Positions 58,074-64,000 of a stretch of DNA of 64,000 bases are shown here, piece after piece (within the stretch, counting starts at the first letter, position 1; every line of letters starts with the position of its first letter). Source of the stretch: a virus; IMG/VR virus record IMGVR_UViG_3300021959_000011, positions 32,001 through 96,000 of that record. One strand, written 5' to 3'. The notes beneath the pieces are model-generated. The model did not search any database. It saw only the letters and a list, made by a program, of their open reading frames with translations, and was not told the DNA's origin. Both the position numbers and the translations under genes were made by a program.

Positions 58074-58473
58074 TATCAGTTACCCCCATAGTTTGTAAGT
58101 ATGCAATAATATCGGCACGCTTCTGTTCTTTCTTTTCTTTAAAGTTCATTTTAGTACCCTTAACTAATTTCTTCGAATTAGTCAACCAAGCATCCATCAA
58201 TTCTGGTGTCCACTCTGGATTTTCTTCTGCCCACGCAAGAAACTTTTTACTATATCTAAAGTCTGCCTGTGCAGTACCTCTTTGCATGATATTCCAGAGA
58301 TTAGGTCCAGTTTTATTCTTTCCGCCTTCGTCAATACTGTGACATGAGGCACATTTCTTAAAACCCTTTTTACCTTTGTCTGGATTACCTTCCGCCGATG
58401 CGGTTGCGACATATAACATACTTACTAAAAAACCTACAATAAAAGTCCAAATTAAAGCTTTATTCATTTTCAT
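58066..58473 (-). CDS. Class I cytochrome c (c2/c550-like) with signal peptide
   Basis: CASCH haem motif, KTGPNL, GTKM axial Met, RADIIAYL. Confidence 0.93.
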   Translation of the reverse strand: MKMNKALIWTFIVGFLVSMLYVATASAEGNPDKGKKGFKKCASCHSIDEGGKNKTGPNLWNIMQRGTAQADFRYSKKFLAWAEENPEWTPELMDAWLTNSKKLVKGTKMNFKEKKEQKRADIIAYLQTMGVTDNE

Positions 58474-58479
58474 TCCTTC

Positions 58480-58665
58480 TCAATTATTTTGGATTTTCCC
58501 TATTTCCAACATACATTTCTTGGCTTCCTCGTGCATACCCATTCTTGCGAGCTCCGCTGCCGCTCTCGCATAACCAACTGTCTGCGTATAACGATCTAGT
58601 GAAGACCACAATCCAGATAACGGTGAAAAGACATAGTTTGCTACTAAAGTTGTCATTAGACCCAC
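58480..58665 (-). CDS. Small DUF1127-associated protein
   Basis: GYARAAAELARMG motif; overlaps the DUF1127 gene. Confidence 0.6.
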   Translation of the reverse strand: MGLMTTLVANYVFSPLSGLWSSLDRYTQTVGYARAAAELARMGMHEEAKKCMLEIGKIQNN

Positions 58666-58898
58666 CCCTTCAAGTTACCATTTGAATATGTGTACACTCT
58701 TTCTTTTGCTTTATTTTCTTCGACAATATCTCTATAATGAGATTGTGCGACATATTTAATTTCTCCGCGACTAAGACCAATATCATTTAATTCATAATCG
58801 GTTAGTCTAGAGAGTTCTCTGATAGTTTGTTTTCTTGCTACTGATGCTTCATGACGAGATTGCCATGAACCATATAAGTTGATTAATACCCCTAACAT
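58656..58898 (-). CDS. DUF1127 (YjiS-like) small protein
   Basis: TIRELSRLTDYELNDIGLSRGEI; start moved to 58898 (AAGGA SD). Confidence 0.88.
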   Translation of the reverse strand: MLGVLINLYGSWQSRHEASVARKQTIRELSRLTDYELNDIGLSRGEIKYVAQSHYRDIVEENKAKERVYTYSNGNLKGWV

Positions 58899-58942
58899 TT
58901 GCGTTTCCTTTCGTGTGATAAATGTGTGTATCATTACGTGAA

Positions 58943-59029
58943 TATATAGTGCAAAAGTATATTTAAGTCAAGGGTTCTGACGGGTTTTTCATATAGAATT
59001 TTTGCATTCCCGCCATGCAAAAAATGCAT
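58943..59029 (-). promoter_or_regulatory. Promoter (TTGACT-17-TATATA) with upstream LysR-type dyads
   Basis: ATGC-N7-GCAT (T-N11-A) overlapping GCAT-N7-ATGC at 59002-59029. Confidence 0.55.
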
Positions 59030-59031
59030 TA

Positions 59032-60156
59032 TTATTTTGTTTCAAATACTCCATTATATTGATTATTAACTAACACAAAAGTTGTACATTTCGAAAGTTG
59101 TTTAAGACTCCCTGCACCCACGTAAGTACAAGTACTTCTAATGCCCCCTAGAATATCTTGGATTGTCTTTGCCACCTCTCCACGATATGGTACTAAGACT
59201 TCTCTACCTTCAGACGAACGATATTCTTTAAGTCCACCAAAGTGTTTATCATTTGCAGCCTTACTGCTCATACCATAGAACTGCACAAACTGTTTTTCTT
59301 CTATTGCCGAAACGTGATCTCCATTATCATGTATATCAACTTCATCTGATTTGTAATATTTCTTTATTACTTCACCACCACCTTCATCGTGTCCGGCAAG
59401 CATACCACCCAACATTACAAAGTCAGCACCACCAGCGAATGCCTTCGCTACATCACCAGAGCATGTACACCCACCATCAGCAATGATATGCCCACCAAGA
59501 CCATGGGCAGCATCAGCGCATTCAATAACTGCCGAGAGTTGGGGATAACCGACTCCAGTTTTGATACGAGTAGTACAAACACTGCCAGGCCCAATACCCA
59601 CTTTAACAATATCGGCTCCATTTAAAATTAACTCCTGTGTTTGATCTGCAGTAACAACATTCCCTGCAATGATTACAATATTAGGATACAACATTCTAAA
59701 CTGTTTTATAAAGTCTACAAACCGTTCTGTATATCCATTTGCAACATCAATACAAACATATTTTAGATTATATCCAACTTGTTCGTAGACCATGCGAAAC
59801 TTATCATGATCCGCATCAGAAATACCAATAGACATTGCAACATATTCTCTGCGCTCAAGATATTCTTCTGTATCGAAATAATCCACTAGTTGATTTACTG
59901 TGTAGGTTTTGACTAAACAGGTCATAATCTGACCTGTTGCAAGCATATCAGCCATTTCAAATGTACCGACACCATCCATATTTGCAGCAATGATAGGTAC
60001 ACCAGAAAAATCTGAATCACATATATCATCGAAATTATAGTTTACAAATTGGTATTCTCTATTCAGAGATACGCACTTGCGACTTGACAGTGTAGAACGT
60101 TTCGGACGAATTAATACGTCACTATAATCTAATTTGGTTTCCTGTTCGATTCTCAT
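59032..60156 (-). CDS. guaC: GMP reductase
   Basis: [59 protein letters not shown]. Confidence 0.96.
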   Translation of the reverse strand: MRIEQETKLDYSDVLIRPKRSTLSSRKCVSLNREYQFVNYNFDDICDSDFSGVPIIAANMDGVGTFEMADMLATGQIMTCLVKTYTVNQLVDYFDTEEYLERREYVAMSIGISDADHDKFRMVYEQVGYNLKYVCIDVANGYTERFVDFIKQFRMLYPNIVIIAGNVVTADQTQELILNGADIVKVGIGPGSVCTTRIKTGVGYPQLSAVIECADAAHGLGGHIIADGGCTCSGDVAKAFAGGADFVMLGGMLAGHDEGGGEVIKKYYKSDEVDIHDNGDHVSAIEEKQFVQFYGMSSKAANDKHFGGLKEYRSSEGREVLVPYRGEVAKTIQDILGGIRSTCTYVGAGSLKQLSKCTTFVLVNNQYNGVFETK

Positions 60157-60455
60157 TAGATACGTTCCGACTCATTGCCTTCAAAGTTAAATGAAATTTG
60201 AGATTCATCTATTGAAACTGATTCAGATGGATGATAATGCCAATCATCTGGATTATATGCATATGAATGTGAAATTGATGTTGGATCTTCAATTGTCGGT
60301 TCTTCATAGATAATGGAACCTTCTTCAACCCAAGTAAATCCACTTGCATAAAGAAATGCCTGAAATCTTTCTAGTATTTCATTCATATCTGCATGTTCGT
60401 TTGAAACACTGACTGAAACATCACCGTCATCATCATATTTTGTAAAAGTATACAT
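60156..60455 (-). CDS. Hypothetical acidic protein
   Basis: [10 protein letters not shown] motif; promoter TTGACA-17-TATATT at 60491-60519. Confidence 0.65.
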   Translation of the reverse strand: MYTFTKYDDDGDVSVSVSNEHADMNEILERFQAFLYASGFTWVEEGSIIYEEPTIEDPTSISHSYAYNPDDWHYHPSESVSIDESQISFNFEGNESERI

Positions 60456-60524
60456 AAGTTCTCCTTTGAGTAATTACACATTTAAGAACTAATATACTAC
60501 ATATGATTGTTTATGTCAATAGAT

Positions 60525-60950
60525 TTATTTCCAACGACCAATATTTTTCCAACATTCATCTACCAACATTGAATAGTGTGGATTTAATTGATAGAGTAAA
60601 CTACAAACGCCATATAAACACCAACATCCACCAAGATTATTCAGAAAGTGACCAATCTTTATAAGCCTTGGTTTGTAATGTTGATATGCAATTGTTGCGT
60701 CTTGCATATTGGAGAAACTTTTTTGTTCTATTTGGTGTAAGATATTTACAATAGTAAGATATGAATCAGTGATTTCATATTCATCAGTAAATTCGGTAGG
60801 TTTATCTTTAAAGAAAGTAACAGTTACAATCCAATGTGTAGTAACACCACCTGTTTCTTTTTCTTTTATTTTACGTAATACTTCTACGTCTGGAGTTTCT
60901 TGCAATTCCAATTGCGAATCATTCATAATCTTTTCTAGGTCAAATTGCAT
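60525..60950 (-). CDS. Hypothetical protein
   Basis: TAATG coupling to the fibre-like gene. Confidence 0.55.
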   Translation of the reverse strand: MQFDLEKIMNDSQLELQETPDVEVLRKIKEKETGGVTTHWIVTVTFFKDKPTEFTDEYEITDSYLTIVNILHQIEQKSFSNMQDATIAYQHYKPRLIKIGHFLNNLGGCWCLYGVCSLLYQLNPHYSMLVDECWKNIGRWK

Positions 60951-62254
60951 TAATCGCCAACTCTGAGTAATTTAATAGATTGTGTTGTGGTTGTAGAACC
61001 CCCCAACGTAAACTCAATATTCCAATTCCCACCACGGACGGAAAAGATTTGAGAATTTGGATTTGTAAATTCTGTATAATCAAATGTATGAGAAGTTGTA
61101 AAAGTTTCATTTACAGTAGTTGCCCCAGAACGAAAACCAAAATCAACACTGTTTACTTGCAGCTGAGTGTTTGCAACGTTAGGACTAATCTTAAACGTCA
61201 TACTCGCAATCAGGTCATCCGATGTACCAGTTTCGTTCATATTATCTGGCATCATAGTCCACTGGCCCGGCGCCAATCCACCAGTATATGAATATGTTGA
61301 CCCATGAGAAATTCGAAAGACAACCCACTGTTTAATAAATGTGTGTGGAGCGGGTGCAATCCATGCATAGTCTGTACCAGACCAACTTAAAATATTTCCT
61401 GCCGTCACACTACTATTATTTAAATGTGTATCTACAGCACTATCCGAATAAACATTATTATCTACATAGGTTGTTGTTGCATATGCAGATAAATCAATAT
61501 TACCAACTGCAGTACTCACGTAAGACTTTGATGCATAATCTTCAGCCTCCAATGCAGTCTGAGTCACATATCCAGAAAAATCAATATTTGAAATTGCATT
61601 TGTTACATATGTCTCAGACGCAAGGCCTGTGATATCTGGAATTGTTGGTTTGTTGGTCAGATCATCATAGTCTCCACTAAACACGTCTGGAAGATTATCA
61701 ATCTGTGTTTGTAATCCAGCAAGAGATGTGGTCATCGTTCCTGCAAAATCTGCATCATCTCCAAGTGAAGCTGCAATCTCATTCAGTGTGTTTAGTGTAT
61801 CTGGTGCAGAGTCCATCAAATCCGCAATTGCAACATCCAAATCAGTAACTGTCACAAAACCACCACCAGTTGTTGGTTGTTCAACAAATGAGTTACCGGC
61901 TGCATTATATCGCAAATAAGACCCATCCGAAAAGTAACCACTTGCAGGCTCTGCAACATCAATAAGTTGTTTAATAGAAAGTGACACGTCACCGGCTCCT
62001 AAGTCAATTGTGATTGGTACGTAAATTGTATCGATACCATATTCAGTTTTTAATTCTGTTCGTTGAATTCCAACATCTACTAGATTTGCCGCAAAACGAA
62101 TAAAAGAATTATGTTTTAAAAAGTTTCCATACGTTTGTTGAGTCACTCTATGAACAATTACAGTAGGTAGGATCAAATAACCACCAATCCCAAGATCAGT
62201 AACATTTCCATTCTCATCCGTTTCTACGTAACTATATTGACTGTCTCTGGCCAT
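60950..62254 (-). CDS. Tail-fibre-like structural protein
   Basis: APDTLNTLNEIAASLGDDADFA, SGDYDDLTNKP, YAxxxYV repeats; TATAAATA at 62272-62279. Confidence 0.75.
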   Translation of the reverse strand: MARDSQYSYVETDENGNVTDLGIGGYLILPTVIVHRVTQQTYGNFLKHNSFIRFAANLVDVGIQRTELKTEYGIDTIYVPITIDLGAGDVSLSIKQLIDVAEPASGYFSDGSYLRYNAAGNSFVEQPTTGGGFVTVTDLDVAIADLMDSAPDTLNTLNEIAASLGDDADFAGTMTTSLAGLQTQIDNLPDVFSGDYDDLTNKPTIPDITGLASETYVTNAISNIDFSGYVTQTALEAEDYASKSYVSTAVGNIDLSAYATTTYVDNNVYSDSAVDTHLNNSSVTAGNILSWSGTDYAWIAPAPHTFIKQWVVFRISHGSTYSYTGGLAPGQWTMMPDNMNETGTSDDLIASMTFKISPNVANTQLQVNSVDFGFRSGATTVNETFTTSHTFDYTEFTNPNSQIFSVRGGNWNIEFTLGGSTTTTQSIKLLRVGD

Positions 62255-62390
62255 AGATAACCCCTTTCTTTTATTTATAAATCTATCCCGAAGGGATTCC
62301 GCGCTGAACGCATATGTCGGAAAAAGAAGGAATCATCGACACAACTGACTGACATGTAGATATGATGTACATACCATATCAAAAGAATGC

Positions 62391-62419
62391 TTGACAATAC
62401 GCCTCAAATCAGATAGATT
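62391..62419 (+). promoter_or_regulatory. Early promoter of a small plus-strand unit
   Basis: TTGACA-17-TAGATT; shares flanks with the 52194-52222 promoter. Confidence 0.65.
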
Positions 62420-62447
62420 ATAAGAGTAATAAGAAAGGTGATTCGAA

Positions 62448-62612
62448 ATGATTCAATATCTACCAAAAAAACTTCAATATGCAGCCGGTTATTCAGTCTC
62501 AGTGATATCCAGAGTGACAGCGATGTTAACATCTTCAGCATCGATAACAACTGTTTCGTTTATTCTGAACGTTGCATTTCTTGTTTCAATTCTTCTTCTA
62601 CTGAAAGGTTAA
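62448..62612 (+). CDS. 54-aa hydrophobic peptide
   Basis: GAAAGG SD; MIQYLPKKLQYAAG...FLVSILLLLKG*. Confidence 0.5.
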   Translation: MIQYLPKKLQYAAGYSVSVISRVTAMLTSSASITTVSFILNVAFLVSILLLLKG

Positions 62613-62615
62613 ATC

Positions 62616-62762
62616 ATGTACATTGTAAAATATACACTCTATCGCAAATACCACCACGAAAAAACTTTTGATGACTACGAGTCTGCAAGAGGTTTCTTCT
62701 ATGGCATCTCTCGCAAATGCCGTGGTTCAAAATGCACGAAGGCAGAACTCATCTGCCTTTAA
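62616..62762 (+). CDS. 48-aa basic protein
   Basis: GAAAGG SD; MYIVKYTLYRKYHHEKTFDDYESARGFFY... Confidence 0.55.
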   Translation: MYIVKYTLYRKYHHEKTFDDYESARGFFYGISRKCRGSKCTKAELICL

Positions 62763-62951
62763 TTTTTTCTTCCATGCAATTTCAAAACCTTCTTCATAAT
62801 CAGACAGGGGAGCTCCATTGCTTCCATCAATCCATAATCTTTTAAAATATCCATTATAACAATCTAATGCAGTCTGATCACTTTCTGCGATATGTCCTTT
62901 GACAATCCAGAATATTCTATATGCTTCCTTTAAATCAGTTATGCAAATCAC
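62727..62951 (-). CDS. Conserved small phage protein
   Basis: EAYRIFWIVKGH...YFKRLW...EEGFE. Confidence 0.65.
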   Translation of the reverse strand: MICITDLKEAYRIFWIVKGHIAESDQTALDCYNGYFKRLWIDGSNGAPLSDYEEGFEIAWKKKLKADEFCLRAF

Positions 62952-63132
62952 TATCTCTACCTAACCCCTTGACTCTCACAATTGTTCGCGGAAGAATTTC
63001 ACAATTCTCTCCGCGATTTTCTATAGCGATAGTTTCATAACAATCTTCGTAGGAAGGCAACCCTTCATGGATACACTCTCCATGAAGGTAAATATCAAAA
63101 ACTACAGAATTTTTTTGAATTATTTTTTGCAA
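62935..63132 (-). CDS. Hypothetical protein
   Basis: Ends VKGLGRDSDLH; overlaps neighbours. Confidence 0.55.
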   Translation of the reverse strand: MQKIIQKNSVVFDIYLHGECIHEGLPSYEDCYETIAIENRGENCEILPRTIVRVKGLGRDSDLHN

Positions 63133-63365
63133 TCACACCCACCAGATGAACACTCACACTTTCTCATAAAAAAATGTATGACTGCCATGGAGAACCACAT
63201 CCAAGTCATTTCTCCAATACCAAAAATATCTGCGCTATGTGGATGATGTATATTCTCCATATGGCCATGTGACATATCACAATAAAGGAAATATGATCCT
63301 AGAGCGCCCAAGATGAGAGCCGCTTGTGCATTTGTAATTCGGAAATTTTTCATTCGTTTTAACAT
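63120..63365 (-). CDS. Small His/Met/Cys-rich membrane protein
   Basis: TM, HGHMENIHHPH, GEMTWMWFSMAVIH, CECSSGGCDC tail. Confidence 0.6.
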   Translation of the reverse strand: MLKRMKNFRITNAQAALILGALGSYFLYCDMSHGHMENIHHPHSADIFGIGEMTWMWFSMAVIHFFMRKCECSSGGCDCKK

Positions 63366-63559
63366 TCGATATCCTTTCTAGATATTTCGATATTATTTAG
63401 GTTTCGGATATATTTTCTGGCAAAAAAAAAATTTTTCGAAAGTGTTTCTGAGGCGATTGAAGAACTTCTAGGGCCACTCTATAGACCGACCTAACCGAAA
63501 ATATGGAACCAACTTAATAAAGTCTTCACCAGTTTTGGGGGAGGGGGTCTTGAAGGATC

Positions 63560-63773
63560 AAAAAAAGGTCACAGTGGAATGAATGAGCAAACCAGAGCGA
63601 CCTTTTAGATACGAAGGTAAAGGAGAAAATCCTTCGTTGTTATATGGGAGGCCCTATACCTGTCGCTGGTTAATGCAGGCATTTACTCCTCGACTATGAT
63701 CGACCTCCAACCATAATCCAGCCAATTTTTATTATAAGGTGATAGAGATAAATTGGCGAAACTCTCTATCATA
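63560..63773 (-). ncRNA. Candidate structured RNA array downstream of tRNA-Arg, ending in a terminator
   Basis: No ORF; five hairpins, two or three loop-pairing pseudoknots, final stem plus U7. Confidence 0.5.
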
Positions 63774-63776
63774 TCT

Positions 63777-63853
63777 TGGCGACCTCTATAGGACTCGAAC
63801 CTATAACCTACGGCTTAGAAGGCCGTTGCTCTATCCAGTTGAGCTAAGAGGCC
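63777..63853 (-). tRNA. trnR: tRNA-Arg(TCT)
   Basis: ACGGC-CTTCTAA-GCCGT anticodon arm, GGTTCGAGTCC T arm, encoded CCA. Confidence 0.95.
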
Positions 63854-63858
63854 TTATC

Positions 63859-64000
63859 TTATACTTGTTGATAAGGTTTGTTCCAATCCCCAACTGAGAT
63901 ATCCATGTAATATGCAGTGTCGAAATAATCAATCATGGCATCAGAGTTATCATACCAACCACGACCCACACCTTTTACCAAAGGCGCAGTTTTCACAATC
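63859..64000 (-). CDS. 3' end of a conserved phage protein (truncated)
   Basis: ...GWYDNSDAMIDYFDTAYYMDISVGDWNKPYQQV*. Confidence 0.65.
   Translation of the reverse strand, partial: IVKTAPLVKGVGRGWYDNSDAMIDYFDTAYYMDISVGDWNKPYQQV

Noticed and set aside
837-62671. Many short ORFs antisense to or nested in long genes (e.g. 32030-32830, 34330-34725, 9410-9724, 62438-62671)
   Set aside because: They shadow well-supported genes, lack SD sites or motifs, and are expected by chance
63645-63725. glmS ribozyme or HDV-like theta ribozyme assignment
   Set aside because: Lacks the AGCGCC glmS core, and no clear HDV topology starts at the tRNA 3' end; left as unassigned structured RNA
1-64000. Stop-codon recoding, diversity-generating retroelement, inteins
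   Set aside because: Genes read through in the standard code, no suppressor tRNA, no reverse transcriptase or template/variable repeat pair, and no intein motifs noticed

Overview
A 64-kb segment of an AT-rich T4-like (myovirus) phage genome, most likely infecting a marine alphaproteobacterium (Rhodobacteraceae-like). Host clues are a permuted two-piece tmRNA with an ANDN tag, cytochrome c2, DUF1127 and DUF1289 genes, and GANTC sites in promoters. 1-27.8 kb (minus strand) holds tail-fibre/adhesin and baseplate genes: PA14 adhesin, VrlC-like protein, gp8, gp7, gp6, gp25, two gp5 paralogues, hub, gp53, gp48. 27.8-33.8 kb (plus strand) holds gp4, gp2, gp54, gp26 with a probable -1 frameshift into a gp51-like frame, and a tape-measure-like gene. 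33.8-43.7 kb holds gp32, gp59, gp33, a SleB-like hydrolase, exonuclease, PhoH, lipase and HNH. 43.7-50.8 kb is the most striking block: a tightly coupled operon behind a T4-type late promoter, with four small paralogous genes, CsgF, CsgG, two curlin-like beta-solenoids, a FecR protein and a CHASE2 adenylate cyclase. It looks like a phage-encoded trans-envelope secretion and signalling system. 50.8-64 kb is accessory: three tRNAs, the tmRNA with a long structured intervening segment, several candidate structured ncRNAs, a porin-like protein, an M15 endolysin, a DUF1127/cytochrome c/oxidase-subunit-IV-like module, GMP reductase and extra fibre genes. All calls come from motif recognition, synteny and hand folding; no searches were run.
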